Positions 25,491 to 37,734 of a DNA stretch of 64,000 nt are shown here, in pieces. The position numbers and the translations under genes are program-made. Source of the DNA: Basidiobolus meristosporus CBS 931.73 (lineage: Eukaryota > Fungi > Basidiobolomycota); NCBI GenBank assembly GCA_002104905.1, contig MCFE01000143.1:91647-155646 (forward strand), given 5' to 3'. The notes under the pieces are model-generated. The model was not told where the DNA came from, searched no databases, and saw only the letters and a list, made by a program, of their open reading frames with translations. Positions within the stretch are counted from its first letter, which is position 1. The number at the start of each line of letters is the position of its first letter.

Positions 25491-26268
25491 TCAAATTTCT
25501 AAATAAGGCACCTAGAAGCTGCATGCAAAACTTAAAGTCTCATGAAGTTTTAAGTGTGCTTCACTTGTGCAGGCAAAAGAATCATCTACAACAAAGATGA
25601 GAGCATTTGAAAAGGCTATAGTCAGGTGAAAAGCTTAGTACAAAAAATCCGATAGTCACAGTTGAGTTATTATGCGCAGTGCTAACAATCTGACAGAAAT
25701 CATTTCCATGTAATATGCTGTCCCAATTATGAATTGATTATAATGCATGTTGCCCTAATCATTTATGATTTCTGTTGACTACAACTATCCAAATACAGTC
25801 GAATGCGGTTGACTGCAGCCAATTATTGCCAGAGGCCAGAATAGTGGCTGCTGATGTTTTAGTTAGATTGCTCTAGTGCTAGATTCCCATGATAGCTCAA
25901 ATCGAATAAAATATGAAGTAATCATGATTTGATTCAATACAATCCATTTAATGGAAACATCATCTATACGTCTCATGAATATCATATGCTTTATAGATAT
26001 CCCATTATATAATGGCATATGATATCAGAGAGTCATGTGACTGAAAATCAAGCGTAAATTAAAGCAGTCCCACTATGAATGATAAAATATCCATTCAACA
26101 AGGTCAGCATGACCGTTTCCCTTGATCATTTCTCTTGTGCATAAGACCCTATTGGACTTTTCTCAATATTGCTTACACTGAGCTTGAACTAATTCAAAGT
26201 ACGTATGTACCGAGGCACCCGATGTAAGCCTGGGTTTCTAACACGGTTTGCTCAAGTAGTATCTTGCT

Positions 26269-27544
26269 ATGGAAACCTACACTGTCTCAGTAAAAGATAC
26301 TTGGCACGAGCATGATGGCGTGACTTTCTACACAAAACTCTTTGAGGTAGAATACATTAACTTAATTTCAAGGCTTCTTCTCATTCATCCGACCACTGTA
26401 GGTAACTCCTAAACCAAGAGCCACGGTGACACTCATTCACGGATTGGGAGAGCACTGTGACCGTTATGAGGAGCTTGGAAAATACTTAGGAGAAAGAGGA
26501 ATTCAAGTGTTTACATACGACCAACGTGGTTTTGGGAAAACCGGGTACCGTAACCCTCCCTTGGGCCATAGCGGTGGTTTCGAAAAGGTGCTACAGGATG
26601 TCGATTACTTTGTAGAGCGGTCGAGCTTTTCGGATCTGTCGGTCCCTCATTTTCTGGTATTGGCGAGTTAGATATGTAAGCATCCGACCCGATTGTAATA
26701 TTAGATCGTTTTGTAGTTTGGTCACTCGATGGGTGGTATGATTGTTTTAAATTACGGTGCCGTGTATAGCACACGCGAAATAGCCGGAATCATCGCATCA
26801 GGTGCAGTAGGGCAATTGATTAGTAAGTGAATGTTGGCTATAGCTGATACTTTGGCTACGTAGCACCCTGTATTCAAGCTGGGAAAGGTTATATCGTTTC
26901 TGGCATCCAAGCTAAAGCTCTCGGGTTCTTGGGATCGATCCCGATTATCAACACGCTTCCGATTCAATCCAACATCAGTTAAGGCCTATACCCAGTGCGT
27001 CATCACGTCCACCAGTACTAACCCGTCCAGTAGAGGCTGAACATCTCAGTTTTAATGAAAAATCCAATCAAGAGTATATGGGCAGCATGTATAACTTTGG
27101 CTACGCATCACTCAGTTGCCGTAAGTGGCCCATCACCTCATTTTATCACCCGCCATGTTAACTCGCGCTTCAGTTTCGGATATCTTTTATTACGGGAAAC
27201 TACTTCTCACTGATCGTTACAAAAACTTTTTGACTCCAGTGCTGCTGACACATGGTGAACAAGACCAGATCACCAGGTAAACAGAGTGTCATACTTTTAT
27301 ATCTTGCGATATACTAATCAATGCAATAGCTGTGCGGCAACAACAGAGTTTCATGACCTTCTGGAAGCAGACAAAACTCTCAAGATCTGGCCAAACTCAG
27401 CTCACGAACGTACGTAAACCCAAATGCTATCAATCATTCAGCCATTAATATAAGTTTGCAGTGCACTTCGAGGACAACAAACAGGAAGTAATGGAGTACT
27501 ATTACCAATGGCTGGACAACAAAATTCACCGGGAAGAAAAGTAG
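26269..27544 (+). CDS. Alpha/beta-hydrolase, monoacylglycerol lipase/lysophospholipase-like (Hydrolase_4), 8 exons
   Basis: Manual splicing at seven short GT-AG introns gives METYTVS...LIHGLGEHCDRY...YDQRGFG...FGHSMGG...HGEQDQIT...SAHELHFE...HREEK*. Ser-Asp-His triad motifs are intact. Confidence 0.9.
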
Positions 27545-27872
27545 GCCAGAAGCTCGAATTCTTATGTTCTGCATAGCCTAATTTGCATCTATTTTCCAGC
27601 TGGCCCAGCTTGGCTAAAGCATCCAATATTGACTGAGGTGCTCTTCCAGGATTCACTAAGGGTATCTAACTATAACGGACTATTAAACCGCAAATTCTGT
27701 CAATACTACAAGCTGTCTACGCCTTTCAAGGTCCCGATATTGATAAACAATTGGGCATCAATGATTAAATATATACGTATCCCCACATGGTTTTCAATTT
27801 GAGTGAAACTGGTTGTAGAGATAAAAGAATCATTGCCATGACCTTTATTCAGTATTGCATGCATTTTCACAT

Positions 27873-28136
27873 TTACCAATTATCCTCGTCATGGTGGCCC
27901 GATTCATCGCCAGGACCATCCTCATCCTGGTCGTCTCCGTAGTCACAGAATGGACCAGTGGCATCCTTTTCCCGGCAAACTGTCTGCTCTCCGCACATAG
28001 TCTCCACCCATTCATCGTTGACGCAGCGGATAATAGCTCGGTCATCCTCTGTGGAGCATTTACTTTCAAGGTTGTTGCAAGCCAGAACAATCTGACTCAA
28101 AAGAGCAAGCACAAGAATGGTTGCGTGGAACTTCAT
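27873..28136 (-). CDS. Secreted 6-Cys CBM19-like protein, copy 1 (87 aa, acidic tail)
   Basis: Signal peptide; C-x6-C-x10-C-x9-C-x5-C-x9-C with CVNDEWV; tail DYGDDQDEDGPGDESGHHDEDNW. Confidence 0.88.
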   Translation of the reverse strand: MKFHATILVLALLSQIVLACNNLESKCSTEDDRAIIRCVNDEWVETMCGEQTVCREKDATGPFCDYGDDQDEDGPGDESGHHDEDNW

Positions 28137-28489
28137 TAGATTATTGCCAGTGATGAAGAGTGCGTGATCTATTTATGTACAGCTTTGGAATCTGAGGTCC
28201 TTTCAATTCAGGAGCAGTCGCATGCTAATACTGCACAGCTTGCGTTGCCTTTGCAGAGGAAACCCCTTGGTCCCCCGTACTAAATAGTCAAATCGTTCTG
28301 GATAATTCAATACCCTGGGACCTCATGGATGAAAACTATTTAAGCAAAAAGCCTAATATAGAGTAATCTGCTAGAGACTTGTGGAAGTATAGGGCGAGGT
28401 TGGCTTATAAAAGTGGGGCATCTTCTATCGATGACACTCAACAAGTGCCAATTCCTCCACAGTATCGTCTCCGTTGAAAGATTACACCA

Positions 28490-28765
28490 ATGAAACTCTA
28501 CGCCACGCTGATATTCTTCGCTATTTTGAGTCAGGTTGCGCATGCCTGTCAAAGTATGGAAAGTAAGTGCTCCACTGAGGATGATCGTACAATCGTTCGC
28601 TGCGTCAATGATGAATGGGTCGAAACCAAATGTGGAGAGGGAACAGTCTGCCAAGAAAAGCGTCATACTGGGCCGTTCTGCGATTATGAAGGACATGATG
28701 ACTGGGAGGAGGATAATGATGGAGAAGATCATGGTGATGGTGATGATGAAGAGAGCGAAGATTAA
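28490..28765 (+). CDS. Secreted 6-Cys CBM19-like protein, copy 2 (91 aa, acidic tail)
   Basis: Same signal peptide and Cys pattern; D/E-rich tail; divergent from copy 1. Confidence 0.88.
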   Translation: MKLYATLIFFAILSQVAHACQSMESKCSTEDDRTIVRCVNDEWVETKCGEGTVCQEKRHTGPFCDYEGHDDWEEDNDGEDHGDGDDEESED

Positions 28766-29536
28766 AAAGATGCAAGACGTTCGAGTTGTATTTGGCTTAC
28801 AATAAACAGAAGATATTCTCTTGAACAATGTTTCTTTTCGCCAGATTTAAAGGATCTCGTGCCGAAAATATCCATCTTTTGTCATCTAAATTGTGACTAC
28901 TGTGACAGGTAATATCCCGAGTACTTGGATATTTGAAGATTGTATGTTACCACACGAGTGGTACTGAAGATTGTATATTACCATGCGAGTGGAGGTGCTT
29001 TCATCTTGGCCCACCTCCATCTCCTAATCACCCTGCCATCATGTAATACTAAGCTTTGTACATAAACCTGTAAGTTCAGCTTCAAAGGTGATAGTAGATA
29101 GGATTACTGCACATATTGCACTTCTGCATGGAAATGCTCCATTACTCTACCCGTCGCAGTTTCTGCTACTCCACAATTCTGCAGCTGCACATTTACAATT
29201 ATAGAAATTAAGTTGGTAACTCGTTATCACACCATTTGCCGTCATTCCAAGCTTTTGCAGTGGTGTCTTACTCCTTAATACCTAAATTTATCTCTCCATT
29301 TCACTCCAGTGCTAGGGGGTCTGTGATACTTCTCCGGATGGATGTAGGGGATTTGCAATGGTAAGGACTTTTAGAAGCGTATTGGTCATTGATACGCAGT
29401 TATGGGGAAAGGAGCACTATATTTAGAAACTATTAGTAACCACATAGAGATACCATTTACTACTATAAATACCTTGAAAGCTACTTCCCAAATGACATAC
29501 TCACAGCCTATCCTCTACTTCAACTACGATCATACC

Positions 29537-29806
29537 ATGAGAATCTGCACTGCATTTGTTGTTCTTGCCTTTCTGAGCCAGGTAGTGATGGGATGCACCC
29601 AAAACGAAAGCAAATGTTCCTCAGAGGATGCCCAGACTATCGTCCGATGCGTCAACGATGGCTGGGTTGATACGAAGTGCGGACAAGGAACAGTCTGTCG
29701 TCAAGGTGACCACACTGGGCCATTTTGTGATCACGAGGATGTGGAAGACGATCAAGAGTGGGGCCAAGATGATGATGAGGAGGAGGAGGAGGAGGACAAT
29801 GAATGA
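29537..29806 (+). CDS. Secreted 6-Cys CBM19-like protein, copy 3 (89 aa, poly-D/E tail)
   Basis: Start at the internal Met (MRICTAF) by homology with the other copies; TATAAATA upstream. Confidence 0.88.
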   Translation: MRICTAFVVLAFLSQVVMGCTQNESKCSSEDAQTIVRCVNDGWVDTKCGQGTVCRQGDHTGPFCDHEDVEDDQEWGQDDDEEEEEEDNE

Positions 29807-30453
29807 TACATCGTATAGTAATAATGATATTATATGTCTACCACTATCCAAATATCCTCTAAATAATAAAGCTCATCAGTAAGTGCAATCAATGCTATGA
29901 ATCTGTGATAATATCATACTATTGGCCATTCTCCTGATACTTCTCGTTGTCACATTAACTATCAGTCCTTGTCATTGTCCCCATCACCGCTTGATCAGAA
30001 GGTCTAGAGCAATTGGTGCAGCATAGACTCTCATGATTCGATTGTTTTATTCGAGGTATTAAAAGCGTTCAACGGCACCCTCGCCTAACCCTTTGCTGAT
30101 TTATATTCACCAAGTAAAAGCTAAGTTATAGCGCCAACGAAATTTACTCTATTCAGATGAACAACCATAATCCCATCTACTTTCTAGTGAACTATCGTAG
30201 CTTGCAAGTAACTACAAAAAGCTGTGACCATCAAGTATAAATCGTATTGGCATTTGTCCAGATTCGAAAACGTGATCTAATATGGCTATCAAGAATAGCA
30301 CAAGACAGACAAAGGCAAGGTATTGAGACGACAGCTCTTGTGAAATATTACTTTATTATTTAGTACAGCTAGTGTCGGCAGATCTATAAGCTAAAGCAGA
30401 GTTCTTGATACTTCTCTGCAACAATACTAATTTCATATACAGCACAGTCCGGA

Positions 30454-30750
30454 CTAGTGACCATGGTGGCGGTCATCCCAGTGCTCGTCGTGGTCTCCAT
30501 CCCAGTGACCGTCATGATCCCCATCCCAATGATCATCGTGATCCCAGCCATCATGGTCACAGAATGGTCCGGTGTGATCCTCCTCATGACAGACTGTCTC
30601 CTTGCCACACTTCGTCTCCACCCAGTCGTCGTTGACACAGCGGATAATGGTGCGGTCATCCTCGGACGAGCACCGGCTTTCATCGTGGGTGCATCCAATC
30701 ACCACCTGGCTGAGAAAGGCCAAAGCAATCAGTGCAACGTAGACTCTCAT
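30454..30750 (-). CDS. Secreted 6-Cys CBM19-like protein, copy 4 (98 aa, His/Asp/Trp tail)
   Basis: MRVYVAL start by homology; HWDGDHD(G/E) repeats. Confidence 0.9.
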   Translation of the reverse strand: MRVYVALIALAFLSQVVIGCTHDESRCSSEDDRTIIRCVNDDWVETKCGKETVCHEEDHTGPFCDHDGWDHDDHWDGDHDGHWDGDHDEHWDDRHHGH

Positions 30751-30900
30751 GATTTGGCTGTTGTATTCGAAATATGGAAAGTAAGGCACTGATGGGTATC
30801 ATTCAACGGCATCCTTGACTGATTTATATTCACCAGCTCACGCGATATGAGCTTCCGTTAAATTGTAGTGCCAATAGAACTCACTGAATACAAATGAATC

Positions 30901-30925
30901 GCATCGATCATCCTTACCCTGCTTT
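30901..30925 (-). promoter_or_regulatory. Conserved upstream element of copies 4-10 (example instance; also at 31911, 32897, 33906, 34861, 36138, 37191)
   Basis: Plus-strand GCATCGATC.(T)CCTT..CCTGCTTT lies 146-151 bp from the ATG in all seven genes, including promoters that otherwise diverge. CCAAT at about 120 bp and AATATAAAT at about 75 bp upstream in most copies. Confidence 0.6.
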
Positions 30926-31439
30926 GATAGCCTAGACTCCTTAATTTTGCCAACTGACTGCTACTGCACACGCACTCGCCAATTTCCCCCGCCTGATGGA
31001 TGTCTTGGAGAGACTCGAGTGGATAAAAGAGACCCTATGTCATTCGGCCTTGACGCATATTCCAGAAGCATACTGCATTTAGGTGATGTTGTGAAGACTG
31101 GTGTCATGTGACATAAAAAGTGGCTATCCGACTCGGGATTTCCTGGATAGCATCAGTCTACATTCCATTGAAGTTTATTTGATAAATGCCATACCTTCAG
31201 CTAAATATTATTGTGAAATATGCTTAGCACTTGGTATAACAACACGGCGTCATCAAGTATGTATCACAACCACAATCCTCATGATTCAAACATGCGATTG
31301 GATGTTACAGGACAGACGAAGGTAAGGTGAATAAAGACAACAAATGATGTAGGAAGTGATTTATTATTAAGTGCAATCAGCGACAGCAGGTCTTTAAACC
31401 AGTACAAAGCTCTTTATATCGTTCACAAAGTAATCCTGA

Positions 31440-31760
31440 CTAGTGATCACGGTGGCGGTCATCCCAGTGCTCGTCGCGGTCTCCATCCCAGTGACCGTCG
31501 TGATCCCCATCCCAGTGACCGTCATGATCCCCATCCCAATGATCATCGTGATCCCAGCCATCATGGTCGCAGAATGGCCCGGTGTGATCCTCCTCACGAC
31601 AGACTGTCTCCTTGCCACACTTCGTCTCCACCCAGTCGTCGTTGACACAGCGGATAATGGTGCGGTCATCCTCGGACGAGCACCGGCTTTCATTGTGAGT
31701 GCATCCAATCACCACCTGGCTGAGAAACGCCAAAGCAATCAGTGCAACGTAGACTCTCAT
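31440..31760 (-). CDS. Secreted 6-Cys CBM19-like protein, copy 5 (106 aa)
   Basis: Signal peptide, 6 Cys, four HW-containing tail repeats. Confidence 0.9.
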   Translation of the reverse strand: MRVYVALIALAFLSQVVIGCTHNESRCSSEDDRTIIRCVNDDWVETKCGKETVCREEDHTGPFCDHDGWDHDDHWDGDHDGHWDGDHDGHWDGDRDEHWDDRHRDH

Positions 31761-32452
31761 GGTTTGGCTGTTGTATTTGAAGTATGGAGAGTAAGATACT
31801 GATGGGTATCATTCAACGGTATCCTTGACTGATTTATATTCACCAGCTCACGCGATATGGGCTTCCGTTAAATTGTAGTGCCAATAGAACTCACTGAATA
31901 CAAATGAATCGCATCGATCATCCTTACCCTGCTTTAGTAGCCTAAACCCTGTAATTTTACTGACTAGCAGCTGCTACTACTACATACAAACACACAAATC
32001 CCCCGCATGGTGAATATCTTTGAGTGGCTCGAACAGATGAAGGAGACCTCATGTGGATCGACAACAGTGCGTATACCAACCCCATACAGTATTTAAGTGA
32101 TCTGGTGAAGGATGGTGTCAAGTGGCATCAAGTTATCTTGCATACCCCCATTATACATTCTCTTGAACTATCTGCTGATTTTCAATGTCGTGAATGCCAT
32201 TTTAGCAGTTACTACAAAAAGCTGTGGTGATCAAGCACGTACTGTAGCGGCAATTTCGAATTTCGAATATATGATCCTATATTGTTGTCGAGAATAGCTC
32301 AAACCAGGCAACGACAAATTACTGAGATAAGAACTATTATACGATATTATTTTATTATTAGGCATTATCTGTGTCATCAGGTCTAGAAGCCGACATAAGG
32401 TTCTCAATGTTTTTCTTCGACAATACCACTATCATAGACAACGCAATCTTGA

Positions 32453-32749
32453 CTAGTGATCATGGTGGCCGTCATCCCAGTGCTGGTCATCGTCTCCATC
32501 CCAGTGCTCATCGTGGTCCCCTTCCCAATGGTCATCGTGATCCCAGCCATCATGGTCGCAGAATGGCCCGGTGTGATCCTCCTCACGACAGACTGTCTCC
32601 TTGCCACACCTCGTCTCCACCCAGTCGTCGTTGACACAGCGGATAATGGTGCGGTCGTCGTCGGACGAGCACCGGCTTTCATCGTGGGTGCATCCAATCA
32701 CCACCTGAATCAGAAGGGCCAAAGCAGCCAGCACAACATAGACTCTCAT
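32453..32749 (-). CDS. Secreted 6-Cys CBM19-like protein, copy 6 (98 aa)
   Basis: Signal peptide, 6 Cys, His/Asp/Trp tail. Confidence 0.9.
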   Translation of the reverse strand: MRVYVVLAALALLIQVVIGCTHDESRCSSDDDRTIIRCVNDDWVETRCGKETVCREEDHTGPFCDHDGWDHDDHWEGDHDEHWDGDDDQHWDDGHHDH

Positions 32750-33458
32750 GATTCGATCGTTGTTTTGGCAATAACAAAAAAGCGGTGCTGATGGGTTTCA
32801 TTCAACGAAATTTTGGCTCTTATATCTACGGACTCATGCAATGCTAGCTTCCGCAAAGTTGTAGTGCCAACAGAATTCACTTTATTTAAACGAATAGCAT
32901 CATGCTTCTTTTCCCTGCTTTGATAGTTTAGACTCCTTATTTTTACAAAATGCCTAGCACTATCACTACTACACACACGCACGCACGCCCATAAATCCCC
33001 CCTGCTAGTAGAACGTCTGGAAGTGTATCGAACGGATATAAAAGACGCTGTGTTGATCGACACTAATGCATACTAATTTCACACTGCATTCGAGTGATGT
33101 TGCGAAAGATGGTGACATGAGACATAAGAGAGTAGTCACCTGACACGCGTTGTCTTAGATAGCCTCATACTACTATTGATTTTAATATGGTATGTTACTT
33201 TACTTTCTATGCATTCTAGCACAGTAAGGGTAGCAGCTACTAAAAACATATGACCATCAAGTACATCGTAGTGGTGATTGTTCACATTCGAATACGTGAT
33301 CTGATATAGCCATCCAAAATGACAAAGGACAAGTATTACAAGATTGCATGAAATTATTTATTGTTAAGTACTATCAGTATAAGCAGGCCTATAAATCAAC
33401 GCAGAGTTCCGAATACCTTTCTACAACAATGCTGGCATTATATGATAGGCAGCTCTAG

Positions 33459-33755
33459 CTAGTGATCGTGATGGCGGTCATTCCGGTGCTCGTCGTGGTC
33501 TCCATCCCAGTGACCGTCATGATCCCCATCCCAATGATCATCGTGATCCCAGCCATCATGGTCACAGAATGGCCCGGTGTGATCCTCCTCACGACAGACT
33601 GTCTCCTTGCCACACTTCGTCTCCACCCAGTCGTCGTTGACACAGCGGATAATGGTGCGGTCATCCTCGGACGAGCACCGGCTTTCATTGTGGGTGCATC
33701 CGATCACCACCTGGCTGAGAAAGGCCAAAGCAATCAGTGCAACGTAGACTCTCAT
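33459..33755 (-). CDS. Secreted 6-Cys CBM19-like protein, copy 7 (98 aa)
   Basis: MRVYVAL start by homology; 6 Cys; His/Asp/Trp tail. Confidence 0.9.
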   Translation of the reverse strand: MRVYVALIALAFLSQVVIGCTHNESRCSSEDDRTIIRCVNDDWVETKCGKETVCREEDHTGPFCDHDGWDHDDHWDGDHDGHWDGDHDEHRNDRHHDH

Positions 33756-34413
33756 GGTTTGGCTGTTGTATTTGAAGTATGGAGAGTAAGGCACTGATGG
33801 GTATCATTCAACGGCATCCTTGACTGATTTATATTCACCAGCTCACGCGATATGGGCTTCCGTTAAATTGTAGTGCCAATAGAACTCACTGAATACAAAT
33901 GAATCGCATCGATCATCCTTACCCTGCTTTAGTAGCCTAGATTCCCTAATTCTATTCACCGGTTACTACTGCTACTACTACTACTACTACACACACATGC
34001 AAGCGGCTCGAATGGATGACGGAGAATATCCGTTTATCGGCACCAGTGCATGCAGCAACCTCATACTGCATTTGTGTGGCGTTTTGAAGGATGGTGTCAA
34101 GTAGCATCAGCAAATGATCCTGAATAACCCCACTCTACTTTCTATTGAACTATCGTTGATTGCAAATAACTACAAAAGGCTGTGACCATCAAGTATAAAT
34201 CGTATTGGCATTTGTCCGGATTCGAATACGTGATCTTATATGGCTATCAAGAATAGCACAAGACAGGCAAAGGCAAGGTATTGAGAGACGAGAGCTCTCG
34301 TGTAATATTGCTTTATTAATAAGCGCAACCAGTGGTAGCCTATCTATAAATAAACACAGAACCCTCGTTGTTTTTCTTCGATAATACTAATTTCACAGAC
34401 AACACAGCCTTGA

Positions 34414-34710
34414 CTAGTGATCATGGTGACGATCATCCCAATCCTGGTCGCGATCTCCATCCCAGTGCTCATCGTGGTCCCCTTCCCAATGATCATCATG
34501 ATCCCAGCCATCATGGTCGCAGAATGGCCCGGTGTGATCCTCCTCACGACAGACTGTCTCCTTGCCACACTTCGTCTCCACCCAGTCGTCGTTGACACAG
34601 CGGATAATGGTGCGGTCATCCTCGGACGAGCACCGGCTTTCATTGTGGGTGCATCCGATCACCACTTGGCTCAGAAGGGCTAGAACAATTAGTGCGGCGT
34701 AGACTTTCAT
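34414..34710 (-). CDS. Secreted 6-Cys CBM19-like protein, copy 8 (98 aa)
   Basis: Mature sequence identical to copy 9; signal peptide identical to copy 10. Confidence 0.9.
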   Translation of the reverse strand: MKVYAALIVLALLSQVVIGCTHNESRCSSEDDRTIIRCVNDDWVETKCGKETVCREEDHTGPFCDHDGWDHDDHWEGDHDEHWDGDRDQDWDDRHHDH

Positions 34711-35695
34711 GGCTTGCCAGTTGTATTCGGAGAAACGTAATCGCTAGTTCGATGTGTACCAGCTTACGTGACCATTGTCCGATTTATATTCGCTCGCCCT
34801 TGCAACGTGATATCCCGTGAGCCCATGATACCAATGGGACTTGCTGTAGTTAAATGGTTTGCATCGATCGCCTTTTCCCTGCTTTAGTAGTGTGGGTTAC
34901 CTTCGTTTTCTAACCCTAACTCCATCCTTCTGCACGTACCCACTACCCCTAAATGATACATATCTCTGAGAGACTTGAATGGCTGTCAGGGACTACATGT
35001 TGATCGCACTAGTACCTACGCTCCACCCCCACATCAAACTAGGGCTGGGCTACGAATGATGGTGCCATCTGGGATAACAGACTGGCTGCCTCAGTAACGT
35101 TCACGTGGATAGCTATGTGATATTTTCTATTTCATTACTGACTGGGCATCTCATTTGAAATGTTGCAAATGTTATAGTTGTGGCAGCTAAATCCTTCACA
35201 GGCATTAGTAAAGTTTGTTGCACCCTTAGACAAGATTCATTTAAACGGTGCTTACAGTACCAGAATGTTTGTGATAACACTAGTATAGACGTTATGTGTA
35301 GCACAGGTTTTTTTGCACTCATCTTCCCAATGCTTACTATGGTTTCAATCTTAATGGCAATGAAGTGCATTTAGGGTTCCTAACTTCAACATATATTAAT
35401 ACAGTATGTTATTTTACTTTATATACATTCTAGCTCAGTAAGAATAGCAGCTACAATAAACATATATGACTTTCAAGCACATCATAGTGGTGATTGTCCA
35501 AATTCGAATACGTGATCTAATATAGCTATCAAGAATAGCACAAGACAGATAAAGGCAAGGTATTGAGAGACGACAGCTTTTGTGCGATATTGCTTTATTG
35601 CTAAATGCAACCAGTGTCGGCGTATCTATAAAGCGATACAGAATTCTGGCTGTTTTTCTTCGATAATACTAATTTCACAGACAACACAGCCTTGA

Positions 35696-35992
35696 CTAGT
35701 GATCATGGTGACGATCATCCCAATCCTGGTCGCGATCTCCATCCCAGTGCTCATCGTGGTCCCCTTCCCAATGATCATCATGATCCCAGCCATCATGGTC
35801 GCAGAATGGCCCGGTGTGATCCTCCTCACGACAGACTGTCTCCTTGCCACACTTCGTCTCCACCCAGTCGTCGTTGACACAGCGGATAATGGTGCGGTCA
35901 TCCTCGGACGAGCACCGGCTTTCATTGTGGGTGCATCCGATCACCACTTGGCTCAGAAGGGATAGAACAATTAATGCAGCGAAGACTCTCAT
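35696..35992 (-). CDS. Secreted 6-Cys CBM19-like protein, copy 9 (98 aa)
   Basis: MRVFAAL start by homology; 6 Cys; His/Asp/Trp tail. Confidence 0.9.
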   Translation of the reverse strand: MRVFAALIVLSLLSQVVIGCTHNESRCSSEDDRTIIRCVNDDWVETKCGKETVCREEDHTGPFCDHDGWDHDDHWEGDHDEHWDGDRDQDWDDRHHDH

Positions 35993-36752
35993 GGTTTGCC
36001 AGTTATATTCGGAGAGATAAAAGTCTTGATGATTAGCATTCAACAACACCAATTCTCAATTTATATTTCTTCAGCTTCTCAGTATAGAAGCACAAGAGTT
36101 TTTTGCGCCAATGGCACTTTGCGCTTGTAAATGAACCGCATTGATCATCCTTTTCCTGCTTTAGTTATTTGGATATACCTCTTTTACTTCAGAGTTTCTA
36201 TCACACGTTTGAATCCTCCCCCCCCCCAAAAAAAATAACGGCGATTATTGTGCAGCTCTGTTGAATGTAAGGGGTATGATGATCAGTACTAGTATATATA
36301 CATCCCACTCTAAAAGTGCAACACTATAAATGAGGGTCATATATTATTCAACCTACCGTTCATTAAGTAGATGTTTTCATGAGCAATTTCACTTAACATT
36401 TTTATCAAACTGCAGCTAGGAAGGTATGTTCATGTTTGAGTCGTAATATCTAAACTCACAATAGTGTTATTGAAGCGAACCATCCCTATAGTCTGCATTT
36501 GATTCAGTCAAAATTTTGAGTGTCAATATGGCTGTAGCAAACGTATTTCGCTGACTATTTACGATATTCAAACATATCAATTTATCTTGTAGTATAAACA
36601 CTGCGAAAGATATTTATGTAGAGTATTGAGTAACAACGGTGCAACATGTACCATTTTATTGAATGCGATCAGTTTCAATAGATTTATGAATCTACATAAA
36701 GCAATTGATGATTCTCTTAAATAAAGGGTTGACCATATACAGTCGAGATTGA

Positions 36753-37040
36753 TTAGTGGTCATCCTCCCAGTGCTCGTTGTGGTCTCCATCCCAGTGCTC
36801 ATCATGATCCCCTTCCCAATGATCATCATGATCCCAGCCATCATGGTCGCAGAATGGCCCGGTGTGATCCTCCTCACGACAGACTGTCTCCTTGCCACAC
36901 TTCGTCTCCACCCAGTCGTCGTTGACACAGCGGATAATGGTGCGGTCATCCTCGGACGAGCACCGGCTTTCATTGTGGGTGCATCCGATCACCACTTGGC
37001 TCAGAAGGGCTAGAACAATTAGTGCGGCGTAGACTTTCAT
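36753..37040 (-). CDS. Secreted 6-Cys CBM19-like protein, copy 10 (95 aa)
   Basis: Signal peptide, 6 Cys, His/Asp/Trp tail. Confidence 0.9.
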   Translation of the reverse strand: MKVYAALIVLALLSQVVIGCTHNESRCSSEDDRTIIRCVNDDWVETKCGKETVCREEDHTGPFCDHDGWDHDDHWEGDHDEHWDGDHNEHWEDDH

Positions 37041-37734
37041 GGCTTGCCAGTTGTATTCGGAGAAACGTAATCGCTAGTTCGATGCGTACCAGCTTACGTG
37101 ACCATTGTCCGATTTATATTCGCTCGCCCTTGCAACGTGATATCCCGTGAGCCCATGATACCAATGGGACTTGCTGTAGTTAAATGGTTTGCATCGATCG
37201 CCTTTTCCCTGCTTTAGTAGTGTGGGTTACCTTCGTTTTCTGACCCTAACTCCATCCTTCTGCACGTACCCACCACCCCTAAATGATGCATATCTCTGAG
37301 AGACTTGAATGGCTGTCAGGGACTATATGTTGATCGCACTAGTACCTACGCTCCACCCCCACATCAAACTAGGGCTGGGCTACGAATGATGGTGCCATCT
37401 GGGATAACAGACTGGCTGCCTCAGTAACGTTCACGTGGATAGCTATGTGATATTTTCTATTTCATTACTAATTGAGCATCTCGTTTGACGTGATGCCAAT
37501 GTTGGACTCGCACTAGCTAAGTATAGAGTTTAAACTATAAACAGGTGTAATGTAAACACAAGCAAGTAAGCATAAAGAAACTTCATATCTAAGTATGTCT
37601 TTTACCATTTGATGTCCAAAACGAGCTTTAAGAAGTGCATGCATTTATATGAATAGTCGCAGCAGGCCTATGAATCTATAGAGCTCTTAATAGATTGTGA
37701 TAGTGAAGACTGCATCATACATAGTACAGCTTTA

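Noticed and set aside
27667-27678. TAACTATAACGG, matching the first half of the I-CeuI site in LSU rRNA
   Set aside because: Only 12 bp match and no flanking rRNA similarity; compatible with chance.
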